DNA of 64,000 nt from Spirochaetia bacterium (GCA_963668315.1 OY764216.1:2304001-2368000); one strand, 5' to 3'. Counted from the first letter of the stretch, positions 38,772 through 49,608 are shown. Notes: generated from the sequence alone by a model not told the origin. Program-made: numbers and translations.

Positions 38772-40133
38772 ATGAAAAAATTGGGAATGTTAATTCTGGC
38801 CATATCCCTGGCCTGTACGGCTCTGTGGTCCAACGGAGCCGGAGATGCGGAAAAGGCTGATGCCGCGGCTGGTAAAGCCAAGGGGCCGGTTGAGATTTAC
38901 TGGTGGCACGCCATGGGCGGAGCCAACGGAGAAAAGATCGACCAGATTGCGACGGCCTTCAATGAAAGGCAGTCCGATTACAAAGTTATCCCCGTGAACA
39001 AGGGGAGCTATTCCGATACGATGACGGCGGGAATCGCCGCTTTCCGTTCGGGTGAACAGCCCCACATCATTCAGGTATACGAAGTGGGAACGGGAACCAT
39101 GATGGCCGCCAAGGGCGCTATCAAGCCGGTTTATCAGCTCATGGAAGAGGCGGGGGCGGACTTTGATCCTTCGGCCTATCTGGGAACGGTCACCGGTTAC
39201 TACACCACGTCCCAGGGCCAGATGCTCTCCATGCCCTTCAACAGTTCCACTCCGGTCATGTACTATAATAAGGACGCCTTCGCCGCGGCGGGGCTTGATC
39301 CGGAAAATCCCCCCCAAACCTGGGAAGAAGTGGCCGAAGTCTCCCGCATCCTTGTAGATAAGGGCGTCGTATCCGCCGGTTTCACCACCACATGGCCTTC
39401 CTGGCTGATGGTGGAAAACTTCAGCGCCATCCACAATATCCCTCTCTCCACCCGATCCAACGGCTTCGACGGCATGGATGCGGAGTTTGTCTTCAACAAG
39501 ACTCTCGTCGTCAAACAGCACGAAATGCTGGCCAAGTGGCAGAAAGAGAATATTTTCAAGTACGGGGGAAGACAGAGTACAGCCGGTCCCCTGTTCAATT
39601 CGGGCGAAGTGGCCATGACCTTCGGATCCTCCGCCGGATACTCCGGATACAAGCAGAACTGCGACTTTAACTTCGGAACCTCCTACCTTCCTTACTGGGC
39701 TTCCGACGTGGACGGCATTCAGAACTCCATCATAGGCGGAGCCTCCCTGTGGGTATTCGAAGGGCATACCGATGTGGAATACAAGGGTGTCGCCGAGTTT
39801 TTCTCCTATCTTTCCAGCGCCGAGGTTCAGGCCGACTGGCATCAGTTCACCGGCTACCTGCCCATTACCTACGCTGCCTATGACCTGACAAAATCCCAGG
39901 GCTTCTACGATACCAATCCCGGAACGGAAACCGCTCTGATTCAGATGACCACCAATCAGCCCACGGCTAATTCCAAGGGACTACGCTTCGGTAATTACAA
40001 CCAGATCAGAGATATCATCAATGACGAGCAGGAAGCCATCTTCGCCGGCGAGAAGACCGCCCAGCAGGGTATGGACGATGCCGTTAAAAGGGCAAATGAG
40101 CTGCTCAGGCAGTTTGAGAAGGCCAACAGTTAA
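38772..40133 (+). CDS. ugpB: sn-glycerol-3-phosphate ABC transporter substrate-binding protein
   Basis: 'WWHAMGG', 'QVYEVGTGTMM', 'SMPFNSSTPVMYYNKDAF', 'NSIIGGASLWV', 'WHQFTGYLP', 'SKGLRFGN'. Confidence 0.88.
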   Translation: MKKLGMLILAISLACTALWSNGAGDAEKADAAAGKAKGPVEIYWWHAMGGANGEKIDQIATAFNERQSDYKVIPVNKGSYSDTMTAGIAAFRSGEQPHIIQVYEVGTGTMMAAKGAIKPVYQLMEEAGADFDPSAYLGTVTGYYTTSQGQMLSMPFNSSTPVMYYNKDAFAAAGLDPENPPQTWEEVAEVSRILVDKGVVSAGFTTTWPSWLMVENFSAIHNIPLSTRSNGFDGMDAEFVFNKTLVVKQHEMLAKWQKENIFKYGGRQSTAGPLFNSGEVAMTFGSSAGYSGYKQNCDFNFGTSYLPYWASDVDGIQNSIIGGASLWVFEGHTDVEYKGVAEFFSYLSSAEVQADWHQFTGYLPITYAAYDLTKSQGFYDTNPGTETALIQMTTNQPTANSKGLRFGNYNQIRDIINDEQEAIFAGEKTAQQGMDDAVKRANELLRQFEKANS

Positions 40134-40243
40134 GGGAATACCTTCCCGTTAGTCATACAAAAGGGGAACTTGAGGGCCGCAGGGATTTCGTCTTCTTTGC
40201 GGCTCCGTTCTCTTGTCATATCAATTGATTTTACAGGTACTCC

Positions 40244-41125
40244 ATGCGCGATAAACAAATTATCTATAAAAACAGAATATTGCCCTATCTCCTTATTCTG
40301 CCGGAATTCATTATAATTCTGCTGTTTTTTTTCTGGCCCGCCGCTCAGGCTTTTTATCAGTCCTTTCTGAGGGAAGATCCCTTCGGACTGAGTTCCACTT
40401 TCATTTGGTTCGAGAACTACCGGAATGTCCTGGGCGACTCCTTCTATCTGTTATCTCTCCGAACCACGGTTCTTTTCTCCTTCTGGATAACCCTTTTGTC
40501 CATGGCTTCCGGCCTGGCACTGGCCTGGCTCGTCTTTCAGCTGAAAAAAAGGGAGATGTACCAGACCTTTATCATCTGGCCCTATGCCCTGGCACCCGCC
40601 GTGACGGGAGTCATCTGGTTTTTCATATTCAATCCGACTCTGGGGGTTCTGCCCTGGTTTCTTTCTCTTTTCGGCCTGGGATGGGATCCCAAGCTTCTGG
40701 GAGATCAGGCCTTTCTCATGGTCATCATAGCCCTGTCCTGGAAACAGATCAGCTACAACTTCCTTTTCTACCTGGCCGGACTTGAGGGGATTCCCAAGTC
40801 CTATACTGAGGCGGCCATGGTGGCCGGAGCGTCACGGAAGCAGATCTTTTTCCTTATTATCAGGCCCCTCCTGGCTCCGACAACCTTCTTCCTTCTGACC
40901 ATGAATATGCTCTACACGCTCTTCGATTCCTTCGGCGCCATTCACAACCTGACCCAGGGGGGACCGAACCATGCCACGGAAAACCTCGTCTATAAGGTTT
41001 ATGCCGACGGTTTCATCGGTCTGAATCTGGGGAGCTCGTCGGCCCAGTCGGTCATCATAATGGTCATGGCCATCGGGCTGACACTCTTCCAGTTTAAATT
41101 CACCGATAAGGGAGGTCGTACATGA
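40244..41125 (+). CDS. ugpA: Glycerol-3-phosphate ABC permease
   Basis: 'FFWPAAQA...DPFGLS', 'WKQISYNFLF', 'LVYKVYADGF', EAA loop. Follows ugpB. Confidence 0.85.
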   Translation: MRDKQIIYKNRILPYLLILPEFIIILLFFFWPAAQAFYQSFLREDPFGLSSTFIWFENYRNVLGDSFYLLSLRTTVLFSFWITLLSMASGLALAWLVFQLKKREMYQTFIIWPYALAPAVTGVIWFFIFNPTLGVLPWFLSLFGLGWDPKLLGDQAFLMVIIALSWKQISYNFLFYLAGLEGIPKSYTEAAMVAGASRKQIFFLIIRPLLAPTTFFLLTMNMLYTLFDSFGAIHNLTQGGPNHATENLVYKVYADGFIGLNLGSSSAQSVIIMVMAIGLTLFQFKFTDKGGRT

Positions 41126-41970
41126 AAGACAAATTGGGGATTATCGCCATAAGAGCCGTGGTCATACTGGCCATCCTTGTCATGTTTTTTCCCGTGTACA
41201 TGACCTTCGTGGGGGCCTCCCAGAGCATGACGGCCCTCCTTAAAAAGCCCGTCCCCCTCCTGCCGGGCCCCTATCTTCTGGACAATCTGAAAATCGCGCT
41301 TCTATCCGGCGCCCGTTCGGCGGGACAGTTTTCCGCATCGGGGCTGACCATGCTCAAGAATACCCTGATCATTACAGCGGGAATTACCCTGGGAAAAATC
41401 GTGATCAGCTTCCTGGCCGCCTACGGCCTGGCCTATTTCAACTTCAGGGGCAAGGAGGTCTTTTTCTGGATGGTGATCATCACCCTGATGCTTCCCCTGG
41501 AAGTGAGGATTATCCCCACCTATGAGATTACCGCCGCCCTGGGACTTCTGAATTCTTTCGCGGGCATCATTCTTCCCTCCATCGCCTCGGCCACGGCCAC
41601 CTTTCTGTACCGGCAGACATTCAAGAACCTGCCCGAGGAGATTACCGAGGCCGCCATGATAGACGGGGCCGGCCCCCTCTCCTTCATGGCGAGGATTCTG
41701 CTGCCCATGACTCAGACCGTTACGGCCGCTCTGGTGGTTATCCAGTTTATCTACGGCTGGAACATCTACCTGTGGCCCCTTCTCATCACCACCGATCCCC
41801 AGCTCCATCCCATCGTCGTGGGTATCTACAACATGCTCAATGCCGGGGACAAGCAGGCGGAGTGGAATGTCATGATGGCGGCGACACTCATCGCCATGGT
41901 TCCTCCCATTCTTGTTATCGTTACCATGCAGAAGCAGTTCATAGACGGAATGAACGACCGGGACAAATAA
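41122..41970 (+). CDS. ugpE: Glycerol-3-phosphate ABC permease
   Basis: 'ITLMLPLEVRIIPT', 'ASATATFL', 'EAAMIDGAGP', 'FIYGWNIYLWPLL'. ATGA overlap with ugpA. Confidence 0.85.
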   Translation: MKDKLGIIAIRAVVILAILVMFFPVYMTFVGASQSMTALLKKPVPLLPGPYLLDNLKIALLSGARSAGQFSASGLTMLKNTLIITAGITLGKIVISFLAAYGLAYFNFRGKEVFFWMVIITLMLPLEVRIIPTYEITAALGLLNSFAGIILPSIASATATFLYRQTFKNLPEEITEAAMIDGAGPLSFMARILLPMTQTVTAALVVIQFIYGWNIYLWPLLITTDPQLHPIVVGIYNMLNAGDKQAEWNVMMAATLIAMVPPILVIVTMQKQFIDGMNDRDK

Positions 41971-42039
41971 AAATAAATTGTGATATACCGGTTCTTCCCT
42001 TATACTTTATTTAAGAATAAAGCATAAAGGGAAGGCCGG

Positions 42040-43311
42040 ATGATGAAGAAAAATGTGGGATTTATATCATTTCGGATCGCCGGGACCGACGGTGTCAGCC
42101 TGGAGATCGAGAAATGGGCCGATGTTCTTGAGGAGATGGGATGCCGCTGTTTCTATCTGGCCGGGGAGCTGGACAGGCCGGAAGCGAGGTGCATGCTCTA
42201 TGAGCCGCTCCATTTTCAGCATCCCGTGACAAGGGACATTTACAACCGCTGTTTCTCCCGGAGCGTCCGCCCGGAGGAGCTGACCGGAGATCTCCATACC
42301 TGGCGCAAACGGTTCAAGGAGGTTCTGTATGAGTTCGTCGATAAGTTCGAGATCGATGTTCTGATACCCCAGAACGCCGTCACCATTCCCCTCAATCTTT
42401 CCCTGGGCATGGCTCTGACCGAGTTTATCGCGGAAACGAATATTCCGGTTATCGCCCACCATCATGACTTTTTCTGGGAGCGGAAGCGATTTCTCACCAA
42501 TTGCGTCTGGGACATTATCAATGCCTCCTATCCTCCCCATCTGCACAATATTCAGCATGTGGTCATTAATTCGTCCGGTCAGAATCAGCTGGCTCTCAGA
42601 ACGGGTATCTCCTCGACCTTGATTCCCAATGTGATGCCCTTCGAAAAGGATCCTCCCGGAAGGGACGATTACAATAAAGACATCCGCCGGGATCTGGGGG
42701 TGGGGGAGGATGAGCTGCTTATTCTCCAGCCCACCCGTGTCGTCCAGCGCAAGGGGATAGAGCATGCCCTGGAAATGGTCTCCCGCCTCGGCCGCAAATC
42801 GGCCTTCGTCATTTCCCATGCTTCGGGGGACGAGGGATTCGAGTACGAGCAGAGGGTGCGCGACTATGCGAAAATGCTCAAGGTCAGGGCGATCTTCGTG
42901 GTGGATCTTATCCGTGATAAAAGGGGCACCACTCCGGACGGGCGGAAAATCTATACCCTGGAAGATATCTATCCCTATGCCGATTTCGTAACCTATCCCT
43001 CGCTTATCGAAGGATTCGGTAATGCGTTCCTGGAGACCATCTGGTTCAGGAAACCCATTCTGGTGAATAATTACTCCATCTACGCCACGGACATCAAACC
43101 CAAGGGGTTCGAAGTGGTGGAAATTGATGATTATGTGACCGACAAGACGGTGGAGGAGGTCGGTTATCTGCTGGATCACCCGGAAGAGGTGGAAAGAATC
43201 ACCGAGAAAAACTACCGTCTGGCCCTGCAGTTCTACGGGTATTCCGTGGTGGCGAATAAACTCAGGTCCCTCATGTGCAATTTTTTCGGAGACAGGTGCC
43301 TGGACGATTGA
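42040..43311 (+). CDS. GT-B/GT4 glycosyltransferase, resembling mannosylglucosylglycerate-synthase-like proteins
   Basis: 'GTDGVSLEIEKW', 'AHHHDFFWER', 'PTRVVQRKGIE', 'YPSLIEGFGNAFLE' (EX7E). Confidence 0.8.
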   Translation: MMKKNVGFISFRIAGTDGVSLEIEKWADVLEEMGCRCFYLAGELDRPEARCMLYEPLHFQHPVTRDIYNRCFSRSVRPEELTGDLHTWRKRFKEVLYEFVDKFEIDVLIPQNAVTIPLNLSLGMALTEFIAETNIPVIAHHHDFFWERKRFLTNCVWDIINASYPPHLHNIQHVVINSSGQNQLALRTGISSTLIPNVMPFEKDPPGRDDYNKDIRRDLGVGEDELLILQPTRVVQRKGIEHALEMVSRLGRKSAFVISHASGDEGFEYEQRVRDYAKMLKVRAIFVVDLIRDKRGTTPDGRKIYTLEDIYPYADFVTYPSLIEGFGNAFLETIWFRKPILVNNYSIYATDIKPKGFEVVEIDDYVTDKTVEEVGYLLDHPEEVERITEKNYRLALQFYGYSVVANKLRSLMCNFFGDRCLDD

Positions 43312-43318
43312 AGGCGTA

Positions 43319-43352
43319 AAAGGGCGGAACCGGTAAATCGGCCCCGCCCCTT
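43319..43352. terminator. Hairpin between convergent genes
   Basis: aagggcgg...ccgccc(c)tt stem between the glycosyltransferase and ABC permease stop codons. Confidence 0.6.
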
Positions 43353-43362
43353 ATAAGCTGAA

Positions 43363-44235
43363 TCAGCCTTTCACGGCTCCGGTGACCATCCCTTTGATGA
43401 TCTGACCGCTGAAGGCGAAATAGAAGATGATGATGGGGCTCATCGTCAGAAGAAGGGCTGCCATGATCTTGGGGTAGTCCGATGAGAACTGGCCGGTGAA
43501 CTGTGTCATGGCCAGGGGGACAGTCTGCAGCCTCTGATCCTTCACCAGAAGCAGGGCAAAGACGAATTCGTTCCAGCAGAAGAATGTCTGTATGATGCCC
43601 ACCGTTACAAGTATGGGCGTCGCCACGGGAAGGATTATCTGGAACAGGGTCCGGGAGAAACTGCTTCCGTCAATGGCGGCGGCTTCCTCCAGCTCCTTGG
43701 GCACGCTTTTGATATGCCCTTCCACCAGAAATATGGCGATGGGAAGTCCGAAAGCGAGGTAGGGGATAATCAGTGTGAACCACCGGTTGGAGATACCCGC
43801 GTTGTTGAACAGAACATAGATGGGAACCATCAGCGAATAGACGGGGATAACCAGTCCCAGAAGAAACATCACCTTGATGAGGGCGTTTCCCCTGAATTGG
43901 ATTCTTGCCACGATATACCCGATGATAAAGCCGAAAATGATGATGAGGGCCAGGGAAAATACCGTGTTACGGGCGCTGTTCAGCATGGATGACCAGATAT
44001 GATAATCCGGATTGGTCATGATTCTGAAGTAGTTGGAAAAGGTCGGCGACATGGGCAGACCGATAATGTCCGCATTGAAATCCCTTTTCAGTTTCAAAGA
44101 GGAGTAGAAGAGCCAGAAAAGGGGGAAAATGCAGGTGAAGGAAAACAGGATGAGTATACCGTTCAGGAAAAAGGATTGAACGGCCTTACCCGGGGTCAAA
44201 GGTGTTGCGTCACCGTAGGATTCTTTATCATTCAT
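43363..44235 (-). CDS. Carbohydrate ABC transporter permease (MalG-like)
   Basis: 'ELEEAAAIDGSS', 'WNEFVFAL', 'GMVTGAVKG'. Confidence 0.92.
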   Translation of the reverse strand: MNDKESYGDATPLTPGKAVQSFFLNGILILFSFTCIFPLFWLFYSSLKLKRDFNADIIGLPMSPTFSNYFRIMTNPDYHIWSSMLNSARNTVFSLALIIIFGFIIGYIVARIQFRGNALIKVMFLLGLVIPVYSLMVPIYVLFNNAGISNRWFTLIIPYLAFGLPIAIFLVEGHIKSVPKELEEAAAIDGSSFSRTLFQIILPVATPILVTVGIIQTFFCWNEFVFALLLVKDQRLQTVPLAMTQFTGQFSSDYPKIMAALLLTMSPIIIFYFAFSGQIIKGMVTGAVKG

Positions 44236-44237
44236 GA

Positions 44238-45137
44238 TCAGGCGACCTCCTTCTCTTTGGTTATGACTTTTACAAGCAGCTGAGAGCCGCCAATCACTAT
44301 CATGCTCAGGATAAATATGGCCAGGGATATGGTCGTACCGTATCCCATGTTCTGCTGGTCGAAGGAAATCTTGTAGCCGTAAAGGGCCATGACGTTGGAA
44401 GCGTTTCCCGGACCGCCGGCGGTCATGACGAAGATATGATCGAACACTTTCATATTACCGGCGATGCAGAGGGTTATACAGACAAGAAGGGTATTCTTGA
44501 TGAGGGGCAGAACGATGCGGAAGGCTCTCTGGACGCCGTTGGCTCCGTCCAGTTCGGCCACTTCGAAGATCTCCTTGTCTATGGAGGCGATGGCGGAAAT
44601 CAGGATAACCATGTAGAGCCCGATATACTGCCAGATGAGCGGTATGGACATGAGAGGCAGAACCAGCTTGGGTTCGTTCAGCCATACCTTGACCATCTCC
44701 GGTCTGCCGATTGCTTCGAGGAACCAGTTGATGATACCCCTTCTGTAATCGTAGATCATCGTCCATATGAAACCTATGGACACGGCAGAGATGGTATTGG
44801 GAAAGAAACAGAATGTTCTGTGGATGCCCTTGAGTTTAACGAGGCGGGAACTGATCATCAGAGCGAAGATAAAGGCTATTCCTACCTGGCCGAGAATACA
44901 GGTAATCACAATATACATATTGTGGTAGAAGGACTCCCAGAATACGGAATCCCTGATGAGTGCGGCGTAATTGGAAAAACCGATGAAGGTTTTGTTGGGA
45001 CCGCCTTTCCATTCGAAGAAACTGTAGAAAAAGGCTGTTACCAGAGGTACGAATACCACAAAAATATAAACAGCCACGGGAATAAGCAAGTAGAGAAAAA
45101 CTACTCTTTTTTTTGGCTTGATTGCTTCCGTCAGCAC
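44238..45137 (-). CDS. Carbohydrate ABC transporter permease (MalF-like)
   Basis: 'FIGFSNY', 'WQYIGLYM', 'EVAELDGA', 'MTAGGPG'. GTG start. Confidence 0.92.
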   Translation of the reverse strand: MLTEAIKPKKRVVFLYLLIPVAVYIFVVFVPLVTAFFYSFFEWKGGPNKTFIGFSNYAALIRDSVFWESFYHNMYIVITCILGQVGIAFIFALMISSRLVKLKGIHRTFCFFPNTISAVSIGFIWTMIYDYRRGIINWFLEAIGRPEMVKVWLNEPKLVLPLMSIPLIWQYIGLYMVILISAIASIDKEIFEVAELDGANGVQRAFRIVLPLIKNTLLVCITLCIAGNMKVFDHIFVMTAGGPGNASNVMALYGYKISFDQQNMGYGTTISLAIFILSMIVIGGSQLLVKVITKEKEVA

Positions 45138-45178
45138 CTGAAACCCCTCTTTTGAATTGGTTAATTGGGAATATTAAA

Positions 45179-45215
45179 CAGGAAATCCCGCCATGATTCA
45201 TGGCGTGATTTCCTG
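45179..45215. promoter_or_regulatory. Long intercistronic stem-loop after the SBP gene (mRNA stabiliser or attenuator)
   Basis: caggaaatc-c-cgccatga-t-tcatggcg-t-gatttcctg, 17 of 18 positions paired. Confidence 0.6.
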
Positions 45216-45255
45216 GTCAAGTTTGATTAAGTCAATTTATCTGTGAAAGATCGGC

Positions 45256-46623
45256 TTAATAATTTTCTACGTATGCTTTCTGGGCATTTTTGGCGACTTC
45301 TTCGGGAGTGATGTCTCCGTTGAGCATTGTCTGAAGGTCCGTATTCAGGACATCCCAGACAGCGCTGGATACAAAGGAGTCGTAGATGTCGCAGGCTTCG
45401 TTGTCAACATAGGAGAAGTTGTAGAAGTCCTGGGTAAACTGGTCGAACTTGCTCAGGTCGATCTTTCCCACTTTGGTCAGACCGCCGAGGGCGTAGTTCT
45501 CTCCCACATAGGAAGCGTAATCGGGACCGGTGATGGTGTAGGCCAGGTTGATGGCCGCATCCAGCTTGGTAGGATCATTCTTCAGTTTGGGATTGATAGC
45601 AACGGCGTAACCGAGGCCGATATCGTGAGTCTTGTAGGCTCCGGTGGCGCCTTCGGGCTGGGGAAGAACAGCGAATTTGGTCGTGTCGTACAGATCGGTT
45701 CCCTTCAGGGTTGCCTGGATGTAGGAAACATCCCAGTTACCGCCGATGAAGGCAGCCGCATCGCCGGCGATGTAGAACTCACGGGCGTCTTCGTTGTTGA
45801 CGGCGTTGAAGTCGGGGTTGAAGATACCGGAAGCGAAAATGTCCTGGGTAAACTTCAGGGAGTCAACGAAATCTTTATCCGTAAAGGCGGCGCCTTTCTT
45901 TTCGATCAGGGAGTGGAACCAGTCGGAGCCGGTGAAACGGTTTCCGATGGTGGAGAGGAAGCAGGAGTTGATCTGCCATTTGCCGCTGTTTCCGAAGGCG
46001 ATGGTGTCCATGCCCTTGCTCTTGAAATAGGCGCTGGCTTTCTCTACGTCGGCCCAGGTTTCGGGGAAGGAGTCGAAACCGGCTTCCTTCCATGCAGCGG
46101 AATCGTAAACGACAACGCAGCAGGTACCGCCGGTCAGAACGGGAAGACCGTAGATTTTGCTCTCCGATGTGAAGGGGTAGAACTTGGAGCTGTCATACTG
46201 GGAAGCATAGGGGGATTCGTTGATGACATCGGTCATATCCATAACAAGACCCTGAGCCGCCCATGCCTTGGTATTCATACCCTGAAGCAGGAATACGTCG
46301 GGAAGGTCGTCGGCTGCGGCCAGAACGGCGATCTGTTTTTTGTACTCATCGTTGGCCAGAATATTCTGGACAAGGTTGATTCTTCCTTCGTCCTCGTTCC
46401 ACTTGGCAAGCAGGGTTCTCATTCCGTCGGAACCGCCGTTACCTTCGGCTTCTTCCGAAGTTGAGTAGTGCATAATCTCCAGGTCGCCGGCGTAGGCGAG
46501 GCCGCTGGCAGATTTGCCGCTGGCAGAAGCCTTTGAAGAAGACTCATTGGCGTCCTGAGCTCCATTGGCAAACGTTACGCTTGCAACAAGAGCTGCTAAA
46601 GCTAAAATCAGAAATTTTTTCAT
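45256..46623 (-). CDS. Carbohydrate ABC transporter extracellular solute-binding protein
   Basis: Signal '[24 protein letters not shown]', 'DLPDVF', 'IYGLP', '[11 protein letters not shown]', 'GDITPEEVA'. RBS GGAGG. Confidence 0.9.
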   Translation of the reverse strand: MKKFLILALAALVASVTFANGAQDANESSSKASASGKSASGLAYAGDLEIMHYSTSEEAEGNGGSDGMRTLLAKWNEDEGRINLVQNILANDEYKKQIAVLAAADDLPDVFLLQGMNTKAWAAQGLVMDMTDVINESPYASQYDSSKFYPFTSESKIYGLPVLTGGTCCVVVYDSAAWKEAGFDSFPETWADVEKASAYFKSKGMDTIAFGNSGKWQINSCFLSTIGNRFTGSDWFHSLIEKKGAAFTDKDFVDSLKFTQDIFASGIFNPDFNAVNNEDAREFYIAGDAAAFIGGNWDVSYIQATLKGTDLYDTTKFAVLPQPEGATGAYKTHDIGLGYAVAINPKLKNDPTKLDAAINLAYTITGPDYASYVGENYALGGLTKVGKIDLSKFDQFTQDFYNFSYVDNEACDIYDSFVSSAVWDVLNTDLQTMLNGDITPEEVAKNAQKAYVENY

Positions 46624-46696
46624 TACAATCCTCCATTTCCCCGCTGGGAAAATAAAATAAACTTTGTTTCTTCCCCCTGGAAGAAACCCCTTATTC

Positions 46697-47893
46697 TTAC
46701 TTCTTCATGGGATGCTTCTGAAGCTCGTTCTGAAGAAGGTAAAAATCATTTTTTCGTTTAAGATCCAGTGTATTCAACGTTTCCAGAGAGATGAAAAGCT
46801 TATCGAGAACCAGACCGGCCGCCCCGTAGGCAACCGTATTCCGTCCCATGGTTGAAAAGCGTACTTCGCAGTTGACCTTTGTGTCGTAAACCCAGTTGTT
46901 CTCGATGGCCTGGCTCAAGGCGTCGGGAAGAATTTTCCGGTACATATCAAGGTCGCCTCCGAAGAAAATCCTTTCCAGGTTGAACGTATTTGCGATCATG
47001 GCCAGGTTAAGGGATAACTCATCGATATAGGCTTTCATCAGCTCCGGATTATCCTCCGGATTAATCTGGTTCTTATACTTTGAGACGGCCTCTATCTGAA
47101 AATTTTCCTTGTTATGGCTGGAGAACACACTTTTAAACTCTCCCGCCGTCCCGTTGCTGCCGTAATAGAGCGTTCCGTTGATGACAATGCCCATACCGAT
47201 GGCAGGCTGAATCATGTCATCGGTGAAGTGCTGCCTCTTCCAGAACTCCAGAAGGACAAAAAGAAAATCCCTGGGAGCGCTGCTTTTATGGAAGACCAGT
47301 TCGCCCCAGGCGGCGCAGTTGGCGTCGTTGTCTATAAATACCGGTACATTGAAGGCGGAGCAGATTTCCTCATAGAAATCGAAGGGCTCCATAATTCCCA
47401 GGGGAATGGAACCTTTGATCATGCGGTTTTCCGAATCAATGATACCGGACATACCCACTCCTATTCCAAGAAGGGGCATTTCAAGCCAGTTGAGATCACT
47501 CAGGGTGGACCGGCATTTATCCAGAAAAAGGGTTTTCAGGTTCTCTTCCCTGATATTCAGATTATCTTCACTTTTGGTAAAGAGAATGTCCCCCTGGATA
47601 TTCACGGCCAGAACCGTATAGGAATCGGGGCGCAATTCAAATCCCAGTACATAACCGTACTGATCGTTTATACAGATTTTAACGGGCTTTCTCCCGCCCT
47701 TGGGACTGGCGGCACCTTCCGATCCTTCCTCTATAAGTTTCTGGTTGATAAGTTCATCGACAATATTGGTTATGGTTGATTTGTTGAGGCCGAGTTTTCG
47801 GGACAGTTCTATCCTCGTTGTCTTGCCGGTCATCCAAATCTCACGGAGAATTCTTGATGTGTTAATAATTCTTGATCGTCTTTTATTTATCAT
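46697..47893 (-). CDS. ROK-family transcriptional regulator (XylR/NagC-like)
   Basis: N-terminal HTH '[20 protein letters not shown]', 'GGRKP', '[13 protein letters not shown]', 'AGEF'. Confidence 0.92.
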   Translation of the reverse strand: MINKRRSRIINTSRILREIWMTGKTTRIELSRKLGLNKSTITNIVDELINQKLIEEGSEGAASPKGGRKPVKICINDQYGYVLGFELRPDSYTVLAVNIQGDILFTKSEDNLNIREENLKTLFLDKCRSTLSDLNWLEMPLLGIGVGMSGIIDSENRMIKGSIPLGIMEPFDFYEEICSAFNVPVFIDNDANCAAWGELVFHKSSAPRDFLFVLLEFWKRQHFTDDMIQPAIGMGIVINGTLYYGSNGTAGEFKSVFSSHNKENFQIEAVSKYKNQINPEDNPELMKAYIDELSLNLAMIANTFNLERIFFGGDLDMYRKILPDALSQAIENNWVYDTKVNCEVRFSTMGRNTVAYGAAGLVLDKLFISLETLNTLDLKRKNDFYLLQNELQKHPMKK

Positions 47894-47906
47894 TTTCTTT
47901 TAACTG

Positions 47907-47964
47907 GTTAGTACAAAAAGCAACTAACATGGAATATGGTAACCCCTGTTCCAAAATATGTCAA
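47907..47964 (-). promoter_or_regulatory. Sigma70 promoter (TTGACA-17-TACCAT) with a downstream palindromic operator (gttagt-N10-actaac)
   Basis: Minus-strand TTGACA at 47964-47959 and TACCAT at 47941-47936. Palindrome at 47907-47928 just downstream of the predicted start site. Confidence 0.7.
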
Positions 47965-48221
47965 GAAAAAATATTTACGAGTTGAAAAATGGTAAATATA
48001 TATAATATAACATAATAAATAGAAATAGTAGTGGAAAATGGATTCTTGTGACTCGTGGCGTGAGAAAAGGGAAAATCCCGTCAGATGGTTCAAAAATAGA
48101 TCAATCCATGGAAAAACGATTTTTTCCGAGATATCTGAAAAATGTAAAAAAAATCCGATTCTTCCTTTCTGGAGGCGAAATCCTATGGAAATATATACTC
48201 CATGTTGCTACTATGAGCCCC

Positions 48222-49583
48222 ATGGAATACAAGGCATTAAAACAGAAATATGAGTTTCCCGGGGACTTCGTCTGGGGAGCGGCAACGGCTTCCTATCAGA
48301 TTGAAGGCGCCTATAATGAAGACGGAAGAGGGCTTTCCACCTGGGATATTTTTTCCCGAGTGCCCGGAAGAATCGAAAACGGCGATACGGGCGATGTGGC
48401 CTGCGATCATTACCACCGTTACAAGGAAGATGTGGCTCTCATGAAGAAACTGGGATTGAAAAATTACCGGTTTTCCATCGCCTGGCCCCGCATCTTGCCT
48501 GAAGGGGAGGGCGAGATCAACCGGAAAGGGCTGGATTTCTACTCCGATCTGGTCGACGAGCTTCTGGCGGCCGGTATTGAGCCCCTGGTCACCCTATTTC
48601 ACTGGGATCTTCCCCAGGCCCTTCAGGACAGGTATGAGGGGTGGGCAAGCCGTAAAACGGCCGAGCTTTTCGCCGATTATGTGAGGATTGTTGTCCGGGC
48701 TCTGGGAGACAGGGTTAAGCGGTGGGCCACGATAAATGAGATTATGTGTTTCACCATTCTGGCCCATGAGGACGACTGGCACGCTCCGGGAGGCAAAAGG
48801 GATAAAGCCTACACCAACCAGACGGTGCATAACGCTTTGCTGGGCCACGGTATGGCGGTAAAGGTCATCAGGGAGGAGTGCCCCGACGGCAAGGTGGGTA
48901 TTGTCGAGAATCTGAACGCCCCCTGGCCCTACTACAGTACAGAAGAGGATCTTGCTGCGGCCCGAAAAGCCTGGAAAGACATGAACGCCCAGCGGCTCTT
49001 TCCCCTGTTTACGGGGGAATATGATTCGGACGGCTTCAGACGCCATGCCGGTCCCGTCCCTAACGTGGAACCGGGAGATATGGAGATAATCTCCCGTCCC
49101 CTGGATTTTATCGCCTATAATTACTACTCCTGCGCCCCCGTGAGGGCTGCAGATAACGAAGCGGGCTACGAGACGGTTCCCGTTCCCCGGGCCTATCCCC
49201 GCACGGCCATGGACTGGCCTATCACACCCGATGCCCTCTACTGGGCCCTTCTCTTTACGAGGGAATACTTCGGAGATATCCCCGTGTATATTGCGGAGAA
49301 CGGCATGGCCGCCCCTGACCAGGTGGAAGAGGACGGTTCCGTCCAGGATACGGACAGGGTGGAGTATCTCAGAACCCACCTGCGCATGTGCCACAAAGCC
49401 ATTGCCGACGGGGCCCTGCTGAAGGGCTATTTCCTCTGGTCATTCATGGATAACTTTGAGTGGGCCTACGGATATACCAAGCGCTTCGGAATTGTGAGAG
49501 TCGATTACGACACCCAGAAGAGAACTGTTAAGGAGTCCGGCCGGTACTACAGCCGTGTCATAAAGGAAAACCGGGTTCTTTAA
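48222..49583 (+). CDS. GH1 beta-glucosidase
   Basis: 'FVWGAATASYQIEG', 'ACDHYHRY', 'TLFHWDLPQ', acid/base 'TINE', nucleophile 'IAENG', 'WSFMDNFEW'. Start is likely 48213 or 48222, not 48048. Confidence 0.93.
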   Translation: MEYKALKQKYEFPGDFVWGAATASYQIEGAYNEDGRGLSTWDIFSRVPGRIENGDTGDVACDHYHRYKEDVALMKKLGLKNYRFSIAWPRILPEGEGEINRKGLDFYSDLVDELLAAGIEPLVTLFHWDLPQALQDRYEGWASRKTAELFADYVRIVVRALGDRVKRWATINEIMCFTILAHEDDWHAPGGKRDKAYTNQTVHNALLGHGMAVKVIREECPDGKVGIVENLNAPWPYYSTEEDLAAARKAWKDMNAQRLFPLFTGEYDSDGFRRHAGPVPNVEPGDMEIISRPLDFIAYNYYSCAPVRAADNEAGYETVPVPRAYPRTAMDWPITPDALYWALLFTREYFGDIPVYIAENGMAAPDQVEEDGSVQDTDRVEYLRTHLRMCHKAIADGALLKGYFLWSFMDNFEWAYGYTKRFGIVRVDYDTQKRTVKESGRYYSRVIKENRVL

Positions 49584-49593
49584 AACCCGGTTT
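49568..49593. terminator. Bidirectional hairpin between the convergent GH1 and GH94 genes
   Basis: aaaccgggtt-ctttaa-aacccggttt. Confidence 0.6.
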
Positions 49594-49608
49594 CCCCGGT
49601 ATCGGTAC

